In this document: piece after piece, positions 49,384-62,677 of the stretch
Layout: each line of letters begins with the position of its first letter
Numbering within the stretch: position 1 is the stretch's first letter
Assembly (NCBI GenBank): GCA_001643675.2
Contig: LSRY02000016.1
Span: 558,001-622,000, forward strand
Source of the DNA: Monocercomonoides exilis PA203
Taxonomy: Eukaryota; Protista; Preaxostyla
Direction of reading: 5' to 3'
DNA: 64,000 nt
The notes under the pieces: generated by a model
Database searches by the model: none
Told to the model about the DNA's origin: nothing
The model's input: only the letters and a program-made list of their open reading frames with translations
Made by a program: the position numbers and the translations under genes

Positions 49384-52300
49384 ATGATTCCTCACGCTTG
49401 TGACAATTGCAGAAAGAAGTTTGCGTTAATGAATTTCAAATTATGTTTTATTCTATTAATTGCATGTTCATTTTTATTTTTTAGAAAAATTAAATGCGAT
49501 GGGTATAGTTTCACATTTTTTAGAATATTTAAATATTTCCAAATAAAATAATGAAAAATTTAATATTATTTTATGTTGTTTTGTTTTATTTTAATTTTTT
49601 ATAAATTATTTTAGAAAGCAACCATGTATGAATTGCCACAACCGTTCTATTGAATGCACCTATAAGGCACCTCTAAAAAAACGAATCCCTGCAGGTATAA
49701 CCTTGATAATTACCAATTTGCTTCAAGATTTTTTTTGAATTATGAATATTATGAAATATAGGAGCAAAAAGCAAAGCATACTCCAAATACGCTTCAAAAT
49801 ATCCTGTTAAACCAAAAGGTCGTTCAATCGTCACAAATAGGCAAGATACAACATTTGTTTCAACTAATGTTGCACGCACAATTCCAAAGGCTATTAACTC
49901 TGATTATCTATCTTCTGACCCTGCGCGAGTTTCATCTGCATTTCCTGATCCAACTTCATCGCAAATCCCTTCATTTCATAATCCTCTTTATCACAGTCAT
50001 AAATTTCCACGTGGAGATCAGCATACTGGAGTCACTCCATCTGCACCATCAATGACATCATCATCTTTTAATTCTTCTGTTATGTCTTCAACTCATAACT
50101 CCTCTACAAGTCATTCTCAACATATTCAAGGGTTCTCATCGGAAAACTCAAATATATCAATAAATCCTACTACTCAAGCTCCACCACTCTCTTTATTTTT
50201 ACCATCATCCTTGCCTCCATCGTCCGTTTCACAATTTCCTCGAAAAACATCTTCTTATCCATCAACACAATTCTCGATGCCTGACAAGTATGTTCCATCT
50301 TCATCACGTGGAAGTGAAAGTGCTTCAACTCCAGCTTCATTTCCTTCAGTTAGTTCGAGATATTCATCTCTATCTTTCCCCCCTTTGTCACCTGCCTCAC
50401 GAGAATTGGACAATGACCCTCTTCGAAATAGCAGTTCAAGAAGCTCAAGAAGCAATCCAGAGTTTTCTGGTTCAAGTGATTCTATTTATCGCAGTGACGA
50501 TTCACCACGTGCACTTGAAGAAGACGCACTGTACAAAACAGCACTGAGACGGGAGAGACACGAAGAGAGGATGCGCCGCAGAGCCGCTCGGCAGCAGCAA
50601 AGATTCCGGCCTCTCTATGAAATGAACTCTGCCTCATCACAAAGTGAAGGCGAACAATTTGCTTCAAAAAGAGGCAAAGGAAAAAGATGGGTCTTTGGCA
50701 ATGAGGAGCCGTACAACCCATTTCCATCTGCTTCTCGTTGTCGTACATTTGTTCCACTTCCTCTTCCCACCCAGCAGTTTTCACCAGTAACACAGTCAGA
50801 TTCTTCTCTTTCAGCATCAACCACAACAACCACTGCACCAGCATTTCCACAATCATCATCTTCTTCTGCTTCAATTTCTTCTTCTTCAACTTCTTCATTT
50901 AATCCAACTTCCCCCACAAAATTAACAGACGCATGCTCATCTTGCCTGTCCCAAGCGTTTCTGCGGAACTCTGCCTCTGTCTTCGACATCAACGTCCCTT
51001 TCATTGAAATCGGACCCAACAAGCTGCTTTATTTGGAAGTGTACCGCAAGTTCATCAACCCACTGCTGGGCATACACGGAGACGATCTGTCGTATTTTGC
51101 TCATTTTCCATTCAACGCACGAGAGGTGATGATGCAGGCGAAGCTGATGGAAAAACGTGAGAAAGAAAGAGAAAGAGTCGATTTTGGGGGAAAGGCGAAG
51201 GGGAAAGCAAGAGCGAAAGCGAAAGGGAAAGGCAAAGCTTGCTGTGAAACCAGCCAAGGGCCAACACATTCATTCCCAGAAAACGAAGCAAACGACAGAA
51301 AATTCATGTTCCCTTCAGCATCAGCACAAGCATCGTCATTCTCATCAGGTGCGAATCCTTCTCTTGCCACTGTGTCACCTGCACTCTCTCCTGCGCGTCT
51401 GAGCCGTGTGGAGCATCTTGTGCTGCATCTGGTGGATGCGCTGCACCTGCAGTTCTACTCCATCATCGCCATCGCTGCGCTCCTCATCGGCCACAACCAC
51501 ACCGCTGCTGTGTGTGTGAGGCAGGCGCGCGTGCTGAGTGCTGTTCTGACCGACGTCGAGGGGAACATTCGGCCGCAGATGAAGCATTTGAACGACAGAA
51601 TCACAAACAACATGGCGCGCATGCGGGAGCTGGCGAAGTGGATCGACAGGCATCTCCCGCTCCTTAGCTCTGCCTCCGCCGAGGAAATAGCAGCAAATTT
51701 CGCAGAGGCTTCTTTAGAGAACAAAGAATTCCTCACTCAGAAGTTAGACTCGAAGAACTCCTGTCTGTCGGCATCTGACCGCTTTGCACGCACGCTGCGC
51801 AAGAGAGCGTCTGTTCTGTTTCGGCTGCTGTCTTCCTCTGCCGTGTCTTCCTTTGTCGACTCGCTGACCATCTCGTATTGTGTCTCCCGTGCCGTCACAC
51901 TCACCCAGCCAGAGCTGCTGGAGGTGTGCTTCATCATCGAACACACCCGCGGGCTGCTGCTTCTCTCGCGCCTGTTCAACACACACCCGTCTCGGCGCTC
52001 TCTTTCTCTGCTGAAGTCAGCAGAGAACTTCTTCGACACGCAGTGGATGCGAACAGTGCTGTATGGAGAGACTTCACAGCTGCACCAACTGGCACTGCAC
52101 CCATCACAGCCTATTCAATACTCCCCTCTGACAGATGGTGTGTCGAAGGCGCTGAAGTGGATGGCAGAGATGATGAAGGAGCTGACGGAGGATGAAGAGG
52201 GGAGACTGAGGGAGAGGGAGAAGGAGAGAGAGAGGGATAATGGGGAGGAAGAGAGTGTAGGAAAGGAAGAGAAGGAAGAGAAAGAGAAGAGAATGGAAAA

Positions 52301-53594
52301 AGATGACGAGAAAGAGAAGAAGAATGATGAAAATGATAAGACAAAGATGGAAGCTACAGATGAAGATGAAAGAAATGATGGCACCAAACATACATCTTCT
52401 GCAGAGCAAAAGAACACAAGTGAAAACGAAGCGAAAAATGATATTCCAACAAACAGCAAAGAAGAAACCAAAGTTTGCACATCAAATGCAGATGCTTTTG
52501 ATTCAGTCCACACAAGCACTTTGATGGAATCAGCAGCACACAAAGCTAAATACGAGTTCAACGACGATGACCTCAAAGCAATGACGCTTCTGATGGATGC
52601 TGTTAACAATGCCCTGGATGATAAAAGTACAAAACAGAAAACTTCCTCTTCCTCTTCTTCCTCTTCATCGTCTTCTTCTCCTCTCCCTTATCCATACAAC
52701 GAATCCCAGCCATATTTTCTCTTCCGAAATAACCAAAATCTGTCTGCAATGGATCTCTTCATCAATTCTTCTCGCATTCTCTCAAACTTCCGATGCCAGC
52801 GATGTTATCAGCTTAGCAGTTCATCGCAGAATAATTGTACTTCAGCTTCATCATCTTCCACTTTCACATCATCAGACCCCTCTTCCTCTTCCTCTTCCTC
52901 TTCCTCTTCTAATAATAATCCTCCTTCATCGTCATCACCTTCTTCTTCTGATTCTGTCTCTTCTGATTCACTTCACTCGTATCGCGTGGTGACTGAGCCA
53001 ACACCTATTTCCCATTCAACTTCATTTTATGAGTCAATTCTTGGCTTCTCTCAAACGCTATCTGCGCTGCTGATGGCTGCACTGGACAGAATTGTGCCGA
53101 CTCCCTCGCCAGCCAGCCGTTCGTCGTCTGCTGCTTTTCTTTTTGCCTCTGCGTCTCATAATGCTGCTGCTTCTGTGCCTTCTCCTTCATTGCCTCTCTC
53201 TTCAACCGCATCTTCGTCGCAATCTCCAAATTCTTCATTGCCTTCTTCTTCTTCTTCCTCTTCCTCCTCTTTATCCAACACAACACCGCATCCCCAGTCT
53301 TCTCCTTTCTTCGTGCTGAACACCTCACAAGTCGCCCCGACTCTTCAGTTGCTCGACTCCCCCTTTGCATTCACCGCTGCTTCTGCGCCCTCATTCTCTG
53401 TTCAGCAGAGCATCCACCACCCAATTTCCTCTTTGATCAACATCAGCTCCATTTTGACAACTTCTTCGCTGTTCCATGCATCGCTAGACAACTTGGCACA
53501 GACGGTGTCTAATGATCTTGCTAATCTTGTGAATCGAGTTGCTTCTTCTTCTTCATCTTCTTATCCCTCTTCCACCACTTCATCCACTTCATCC

Positions 53595-53639
<45 letters not shown>

Positions 53640-56600
53640 TCTTCTTCTTCCTCCTCCTCCTCATCGTCGTCATCTTGGCTGTATCGAGCAGTCACTGAGC
53701 CCTTCATCAAGACGCCAAACGCATCTCTCACTTCAACCTCGCAGCTGATCCGCCCAATTGCCCAGCGTCTGTCCTCATTTGGCGGGTCGCTCCTGCGCCA
53801 AGTGTCAGCTGCAGCTGTTTCGCATTCTTTGCGCACACCACACAACCCTCATCAGTTTAACAGGCCTCTTCAGCTGGAATACTCCTCTCATACAAAACAT
53901 TATCATGCTCAGGGAAATCCTGCGTTCAGTCTCAATCAGTTTGGGCATATGCAGAATGAAAAACAATATCAGCATCATAATCAACAACAAACGAGTTCTT
54001 TTGGCATTTCACCTTCAGCAACGATGTCACTATCTCCTTCGCACACAGCTTCACAAACGCAAATCTCTTCGACGCCTTCTTCGCAGCAGGAGATGTTTGT
54101 GAGGATGGTGCGGTTCATCCAAACAAAACACTCGTTTTCATTAGACGACATTTCACACTCCTCAAATGAATCATCTCCTTCATCCATTTTCTCTTCTTCT
54201 TCATCATCTTCTGCTTCTTCTTCTGCTTCTTCATATCAGCAAGCATCATTGCCTTATTTGCACACGCCCAAAAGCAACAGAATGTTCTCAGATGATTTTC
54301 CAAGTCATTCAGTGAACAACTGCCAAATGATATCTCCTCTGCCTCATTCTTCATTTCAGCCACTGACAACTTCAACTTTCCCCAAAACATCAACAGAACA
54401 AGCAAACACAGCTGTTTCTCCGCAGATGCACTCCCCATCACACACTTCTATGCCACAAGATTTATCTTCACCATTGCCTTCTTCTTCTTCTTCTACTTGT
54501 TCGATGAATTCCTCTTTACAATCACTTCCTGCTTCCTCACAAACACCTCCTCCAAATTCCATTTCATTACAGTCAAAAGAACATTCTCCTGATTCATCAG
54601 ATCTTTCTCCTTCAGCCACATCGCCTTCATCTGATTCCATTTCATCACTTCCATCTGCTCTGTCTTCAGCAACTTCTTCTTCTTCTTCACCATCATCATC
54701 CACTTCATCTTCTGCTGTATCCACACCAAACACTTCGTCTCTCCAACACAATCCTCCATACAACACCCTCGATCTCCTCTCCTCTTCTCTCCCATCATTC
54801 GCCCAATCTGCCTTGCACTCAGCCACACTCTTCCACTCTCTTTCTCTCCAAACACAGTCATCCATCAGACAGCGCTTAACTGCTGCTCTGCACGCCACCC
54901 ACTTCCTCTTCGTATCTCTTCTTCCTGTTGCCTCTCTGCTCACCACATCTGCCATTCCTTACGATTACTTCCCGTTCGACGTTATCCGACTTCCCACCAC
55001 GCACAGCATAGCGCTTCTCCGCTCGCTCAGCCATTTTGACTCGGTTCTCGCAGAATGTGGTGGAAGAAGGAGAGAATGTGTGGCTGCTGTGGTAGAGGAG
55101 AAAGGGAACGCGGAGCAGGAAAGATTCAGAAGCAACACCAATGACAACAGCTGGAATGGAGGATGGCAGGCACATGAACCAGAACTGGTGTCGTGTGTTG
55201 TTGATGCGAAGGAACAGAACATGAGTTGTTTGACTTCATCTGGCAATTCTGAAGGCAATCAGAACATTTTCATCAAGGACGCAAGAAGAAAGGCAGGAAA
55301 GCCACCATCTTTTCATTTGACTGATTCAATTGCTCCACTTATACTTCCTCCGAACGAGGTGGCCACTGCAATGCTCAGCTTTTTCAGTTTTGATAATCCA
55401 AAAAAATTGGAAAAAGAGGCAGAAAAGAAGGTTGAAGATGGAAAAGTTATGGAAAAAATGGAAGATAAAACGATATTTGATTCAAAAATTTCGTCTTCGA
55501 ATAGCTCATCATTGCTTTCCACATCCTCTTCTATTTCTTCTGTTTCTGCTTTGAAATCAGAAGACACCTCTATTTCAACCTCATCCAATGATCATTCGGA
55601 AATTTCATTTAATGAACAATCTCTGAAGCCATCTTCACCTTCTCAAACATCACCAAAAAAACCAATCGGCTCTCCAGCTCATCTTTTATCTTCTTCTTCC
55701 TCTTCTTCTGCTGCTACTTCTTCTGCTTCGGCTCCTCTTTCATTCTGCTGCCCATGCGGCTGCACTGTGACAGACGGGAAAGACGTGTATCTGAGCTGCA
55801 TTGTGGAGTCGTTCATTCCACCGCCTCTTTCTCAAAGTGCTTTGAACCAAATGGGACAGGGAATCAGCATTCCGTTGGATGAAGAGTGTTTGAGTGAAAA
55901 AATTGACTCTGCTAAAAATGAAGTGAATATTAAAGCAGACAAGAATACATCTTCAAATTTGACGGAGAAAGTTAAGACTGATAATTCAGAATTGGCAAAA
56001 GAAACGATAACTAATCCATCAACAGCTGAAATACAATCATCATTCCCTGCTTCTGCTCAACTTCCTGATACTGCTGATGAAAAGAAAATTCAAACGTCGT
56101 CTTCTGTCTCTTCAGCTTCACATATTAAAAGCGATGAAAACCCTTCAATTCAACAAAACAATCAAAGTTCTTTTGATTCCTGCAACTCCTCTTCTTCCTC
56201 TTTGCCATCGTCCTCATTCACACCCGATCGCTGCCCGTCTCCTCCTGTTCTGACCCTCCATCTGCAGCAGAGCAGGCACAAGCACTGGTCTCCAGCCACA
56301 CGCACGCCAGCTGAGTTGATGCTGCAGACGCTGAAGGGCCATTCTGTGCCCAGCAATGCTTTGTTCCCGCTCGTTGCAGTGAATGAAGTGACGAAGTTTT
56401 TTGTGCCAGAAGAGGAAGAAGAAGACGAGGAGGATGAAGAAGATGAAGGAGATGAGGAAGACGAAGAGTTAAAAGTCAAACAACAAGAAAAGGAAATTAT
56501 TTCAGATCAAACAGAAGATGAAGAAACTTCCACAGCAAATCTTAAAAAAGACAAAGAAGATAAGAATTTGAATGAACCATTTCAATCGTTGCCATCAGAT

Positions 56601-59600
56601 ATTTCCTCAGAAAAAAATTCTTTATTATCAACTTCTTCTGGTAATGACTTTTCTCCCTCATCTATTTCAAGCTCAATTTCAACATCAAGCACCACGCAGT
56701 TTCCTGTCGTAACTGAATCTATTCAATCACCATCAACACCACCTCAAGCATCTTCACCATCACCTTCTTATCTACGGCGCGATTGCTTCCGCTGTCTTTC
56801 GACCATTCTTTCCTCTCTTTCTGCTTCATACAACGAGGCGTTTGCCTCTTCTATTCTTCCGCTTCCCTCGTTTTCGCCTTCTGCTCTCATTTCCTCTTCC
56901 ACCCTTCCATATGTCACAGCTGCATACATCGCCCATCTATCTGTTGCAGCTTTTTGCCTCTCAACATTCAAATCATCTGAACATTCGGCCATTTCTTCTT
57001 CTTTGAACTCATCCCCTGCCAAGTCTTTCACACACAAACAGATTTTTGAGAATCCGCAAAAGCTCAAAAGTGATCGGTCATTTGCAGCGGCTGCACTTCT
57101 TGTGGCTAATGAGGCAGTGCGATGGATGATGCAAATGGCTGTTGAGAAAGGTGTCGGATCGTTTGCATTCCATCCACTTTCGTACCATCCAATGACTTTT
57201 GTCGCCATCACTTATGGATATCATCTTCGGATGCACTGCAAGGCTGTTGCTCGAACGATTAATCAAAAAGAAAAGAAGGAGGATGATGAAAAGGTGAAAA
57301 GTGAGAGAAAAAATATTGATGATATGATAAATGGCACTAATGTCACAGGCAATCCCAATGAAAGCACTTTTGAAAATGGAAGATACCTTCCACAGAATGC
57401 AAAAGCAGAAGAAAAAAGCGAGATTGAATGGGAATGGACAGTGAACGATACAAATCTTTTGGAGGAGTCATTCATTCACTACTTCATTCTATTCCAACTT
57501 ATGCATCTTGTTCGTTCAGATTCTGCAATCCACTATGCGTATCAGTCTTCAATGGAATTTTTCAAGCAGCTCTGTGTGAATTATTCGCAGAGTAATACAT
57601 CCAATCCAACATCCCAATCTTTGTCTCGCCCTCCTCCGCCATTGTTTCTTCCTCCTCTGCTTATTCAGACAGTAAAATTCTTTTTGAACCATTGTGCACA
57701 CTTTCCAAACATTGCCAGACGATACCCAGCACAATGGGTTGACACAACGCCTCTAAATGCTTGCAGAATAGTGCCAGTGCATCTCAGTGGAAGCCAGGTG
57801 TGGAGGGAAGATATTGTTGTTGGTACAGATGAAGGAGAATGGAAGGCATGGCTGAGAGAAAGAGAGAGGCTGGAAAGGAAGCAAAAATGCGAAAGTGCAA
57901 AAGAAGAGAGCAGAGAAGAAGAAACAGGAGGAGATGCGAATGAACTTAGAGATAATGAAATTCCTGCGAATGAGGCTGAAGGGAAGTGGAGAGCAAAAGC
58001 AAAAGCGAAAGAGCAAGAGAAGGCCAAAGGGAAAGGGAAATGGAAGGAAGCAGGCAAAGGAAAATTATTCTCTGCAAAAGATATAATAGCAGATGATTCA
58101 ACGAGGAAAAAACGGGAAGCAGCAAGACAGTCAATGGCAGCATCTATTCTGGCAAAGATAGCAGAGACGCGGATGGAGGTGGAAGGAGAGGAGATTAACG
58201 ACTTGGCACAAAGAGAAAATGGGATGAATGGAGAAGAGGAAGAGGAAGAGGAAGAAGAGAATGATGATGAGGGGGAGGAAGAAGGAGAAGAAAGTGCATC
58301 AGATAGAGATACTAATGGAAAGCTTAGCAAAGATATAGATATGAATGATGATGCAAACGAAGGCAATCTGAGTGGAAATGGCGATGGAGATTCTAAAGTG
58401 AATTTCTTACAGAAGAAGAAAAGGAGGAGGCGGAGAGCCGAAGTGAGTTGGGATGATCTTCAAACATTTGAGAGAAAGGATAAAAGGATGAGAATTGAAT
58501 CAGAGGTAGACAATGAAGAAGATCGTGACAGCAGCAACTCAAACAAAGCGAGAACATATATGAGATATGAATCATTAAATAACAGAAAAACCCCATCATC
58601 ACCAGACATGTCCGAAGATTCAGAGGGTTCTTCGCTTGATTTTCTTTCGGATTTGGAAGATGACGAATCAAAGATTGAAAGCAACTCAGCTATTGATCGC
58701 TCTAATATTCATAATGAAGGAATAATCTTTGAAGCAGAAAGAACAGTTGGAAGAGGAAGAGGAAGGGGTAGAGGTAGAGGCAGAGGCAGAGGAAGAGGAA
58801 GAGGTGCTTCTGCAGTTCGTCCTTCTCCTCTTTCGCATTCCGAGACAGTGGAGGCAACCATTGCTCCAGCCACGCGAGGAAGAAGAGGGAGAAAAAGAAG
58901 AAGTGAAGTTTATGAGCAAAGCGATTCTGAGGCAAGCACTCCATCTTCTCGTTCTTCTTCTTATTCTTCTCATTCATCTTCAGTATCTTCTCATTCATCC
59001 TTTGAATCATCTGAAGGTGTCGACGAAATATTGGAATCTCTTCCTCCAGAGAGCAAACCACAACAGCAGCCACAAATTATGTTTCATGAAGAGCATCAAT
59101 CACCAAATGATGTTTCCTATGCACCCTCTTTAGTTTCTCCTTCATCCTCATCTTCTTCAACGTCGAAGACAGATATCACACTGATATCTGCTCCTGCACC
59201 AATAACTATCCCATCTTCTCCTTCTCCATCAACATCATTTTTGTCTCCATCAGTTACAAACAGACTTCCTAACAGTTCTTCTCAATCATTCCGAATGCCA
59301 ATTAATTCAAATGGGAAGGGTTCAACACAGTTAATTGAATCTTATCCTTCTTCTTTTCAATCCAATTCATCAACACCTTTGTCGAACCTTCACTCTAATG
59401 CATCAGCATCGGTCTATGCTCCTTTATCATCTCAGTCATCTTCCTATCTCCAGAACACTTTCCAGAAAAGTGCCCCGTTTGGTTCGATGGCTCTTCCTTC
59501 TCCGTTCATCATGTCTTCTGGCGCAAACAAACAAAGTCAACACTCAGCTCTTCTCAACATGGCAGGACAATCTTCTCAGCAGCCACTACTCCCAGGAGAA

Positions 59601-60185
59601 GATACAGTTCATTCGCCAACAAATTACACACTCTCTTCGTCTTCTGGTCAGATTCCATCAAATTTAACTGGTACTTCTTCTTCTTCTTCAACTCCCTCTT
59701 CTTTCCAAGCAAAGCATCAAGATCCCTCAATCTTGCATAATTTCACTCCTTTTGTGTCTTCAACAGTAATCCCTACATTTTCATTGACTTCATCATCATT
59801 ATCAACTAGTCTTTCATCACCAATGCCTAATCCTATTGACCCGCCACCGTCAATGGGCTGGGGAATTTTGGACAATGCTGCAAATACATCTTCGTCGTCT
59901 TCTGACTCTTTTACAATGCCTATACCATCTTCATCTTCAACTCAATCTTCTTCATCGTTATCTATTGGATCTAATCTATATACTACAAATTCATCTTCAT
60001 CTCCGTTTGTTTCATATTCAAATAGCGATCCTGACTCTTTCTCTTCAACCTTTGAAACAACGGATGAGCTTGGTAACTTTTCAACTGAAGGTTCACTTAG
60101 TCCAACATTTTCTATTTCCACAAATTTTGTTCCTGATGATTTTTCTCATTTCTTCACATCTTCATATGACTTGTATGGATCGTAG
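49384..60185 (+). CDS. Giant (~3518 aa) Zn(II)2Cys6 (GAL4-type) zinc-cluster transcription factor-like protein, 4 exons
   Basis: Exons 49384-49418, 49485-49502, 49615-49694 and 49762-60185, all GT-AG and in phase. They give [41 protein letters not shown] = C-x2-C-x6-C-x5-C-x2-C-x6-C, in frame with ORF 50052-60185. Confidence 0.88.
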
Positions 60186-61225
60186 GTAATGATATATATT
60201 GCTGTGTGAAGAATGTCAACATAACTAACATGAAGAGGTTGCATTTCATCCATAATTTCAAAGTGCTTGAAAACTTTAATTAATAATTGATCTGGATTTC
60301 GAGTTTATACGTTATGCTTATAATATGAACTCCAAAAATATGTTTTATAAAAGCGTATGAAGTTTTTTTTTTTAATTTTGATCAATAACAGGAAATTTTT
60401 TATTTCAAACTTTTTTCAAAGACTTTTTCTTTATATTTTAAGATTTTGAAAACCTCAAGCTTAAAAATTTCCACAGCATCAAAAATTTGTTGGTTACGAT
60501 ATTTTTGTTTTTATGTAATAATATTTTCAAACAGGGTTATCTTTTTGTTGGTACTTTTTTCTTTATTACCGCTATGTTTTTTTGAAATGAAAAAAGTTCA
60601 AAACACATCAAAAAAATTCAAAACTCAAATAAATGACTCTTTTCACTTTTTCTTTTTTTCTTTTTTTCTTTCTTTTTTTTTTATTTGCTTCGCTTCATTT
60701 GGATTAGAAGTGGACAAATTGAATTCAGATTTTCATGTGATTGTTTTCTATAGGGTGGTCCAAAATATTTTGTTAAAATTATTAAATATGGAATAAAAAT
60801 TTATATTTAAAAACATTTTTCATAAAAATAATCACCTTTATGAGTCGTTACAAATTGAAATCACCTTTTACAACTATCAAACCATTGAAAAATCATATCT
60901 GTTGAAATTTTTAGAAATATTTTTTTATTCCAGGAACGAATTGTTCGAAGATCTGGAAGCTCCAAACTGCGACAAATTGAAGCTTATCATAAATTTGATC
61001 ATCACTCAAACCGATAAACGAACAAAATTCAGTTATATCGAATATTTTTTGATATTTTTATTATTAATTTCCCATTTTTTATTATTTTTGCAAAGAAATA
61101 TGGACCACCCTATATTTTGCGAAATGACAAACAATAATAAACTTATAAATGAATGAATGAATAAATGAAATGAAATGAAATAAAATAAAAATATTGAGTT
61201 TAAAAGCACAATTAATATCATTTCC

Positions 61226-62677
61226 TTAAATATTCACTAAATAATCAGAAATATCAAACGATAATATGTAAGAATAAAAACTTTGATCTTTTAGAAAATC
61301 TATTGTTTCATGAAAACTTGTGATGACATCTTCAAATCCTTCTTCTTCCATCTTTTCATGGACTTTCCTTTTCAACTCTTTTCTTTTCTCTTCTTCCATT
61401 TCATCTTTCTCCTTTTCTTTCAATCGTCTAGAAATCTTAATAAAAAACTCCAAGACTACAAATTCCATTCTATCATATATAGTAGATCGATTAATCTCCT
61501 CAAAAACAATATCAACCGCTTCATCTTTCAGCAAGAAGTCGACTTTTATAGCTTTGTTACCTGCTGCGTTCGCAAAGGTACATAGACACGAGTTGCTAAT
61601 TTCTCTGAAATTATCCTTTACTGTTCCATATACATTTACTATGCTTCCAATTAGCCTAGCAGATTCTGAACTAAACAGTTCACATGAACCAAAGAAAAAG
61701 TTCAATGAAAGGAGCCATCTCAATAAAACAAGTTCTTGTTTCCTTCCTTTCTTTCTTTCTTTTTCTTTCTTTCTTTTCCAATCAAATCGTTCTGATAGCT
61801 CCCACAATTCTCTTGTAGCTTCTCTTACGAAATACAGCTCATCAGCAATTGTATCTTCCAAGTTTTTATCACAATAAAACCGATTTATCAAAAACTCCCA
61901 AACAGATTGATACGCAAGTCGAGTTAGATTGAGATGCTCCTGATGATATTGGATGATTTCTTTGATCTCACATAAATACATGTTTCTTTCTATATTCTAT
62001 TTGAAAACAAGAGAAATAAAAGTTTCAAAAAAGAAACAGGAGCGCTCATACATTGAATTTAATATTGCTCAATGCAAGTAAAGCCATTTCAACTTCTTTT
62101 TGAGCTTCCTCGTTTTCCTCTTTCCTCAATGCAACTTTCAAAAGGCAAGGAATGCAAATCAAAATCAATTCTGAAGAAAACTTGCCGTCAAGCAAAAGAT
62201 AGCATTCGCAGAGATCTATCAGTAGCTTTTCATTTTTTCCTTCTTTCTTCTTGCCTTCATCAACAATCATCTTCTCAAATCTATGCTTCAATGAAGAACA
62301 TAAAAAACTAAAACTTATCAAGTTTATTAGCATCCTGTGATATCCAATATTTTTCAATATCAATATTGAATTTTCCATCGAAAGTTTCTTTTCTTTAATC
62401 ATATTGTTTGTTCTATCGAACAGATCAATTGCAAAGACAGCTTTGAATTCTTCTCTAGCCATCCCTTCCACTAATCCATTCATTTCAAGTATCGTATGCT
62501 TTTGTTCTTCTTTATCAAAATGCTCAAGTTCAGAAAACAATTCTTCAAAAAAAAGAAAAGAAAGAAATATAATGGACAAGTATTCAACAGCAACAAAGTG
62601 GGAAAACCATTGAACTTTTTCGTGTTGTCCATCTCCTGCATTTTTAAAAATTCATTGCAGTCAGAAAGCAAAGCCAT
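61226..62677 (-). CDS. Lineage-specific helical-repeat hypothetical protein (probable large multigene family), 3 exons
   Basis: MALLSDCNEFLKMQEMDNTKKFN|ELFSELEH..NEKLLIDLCECYLLL..ICIPCLLKVAL.KEENEEAQKEVEMALLALSNI..|..YLCEIKEIIQYHQEHLNLTRLAYQSVWEFLI..KMEEEGFED. Resembles the hypothetical-protein family I recall as abundant in Monocercomonoides. Confidence 0.75.

Noticed and set aside
49384-60185. Fungal contamination as the source of the Zn2Cys6 gene
   Set aside because: Intron style, AT content and Ser-tract composition match the neighbouring genes, and it sits 92 bp from a host-type SPRY gene.
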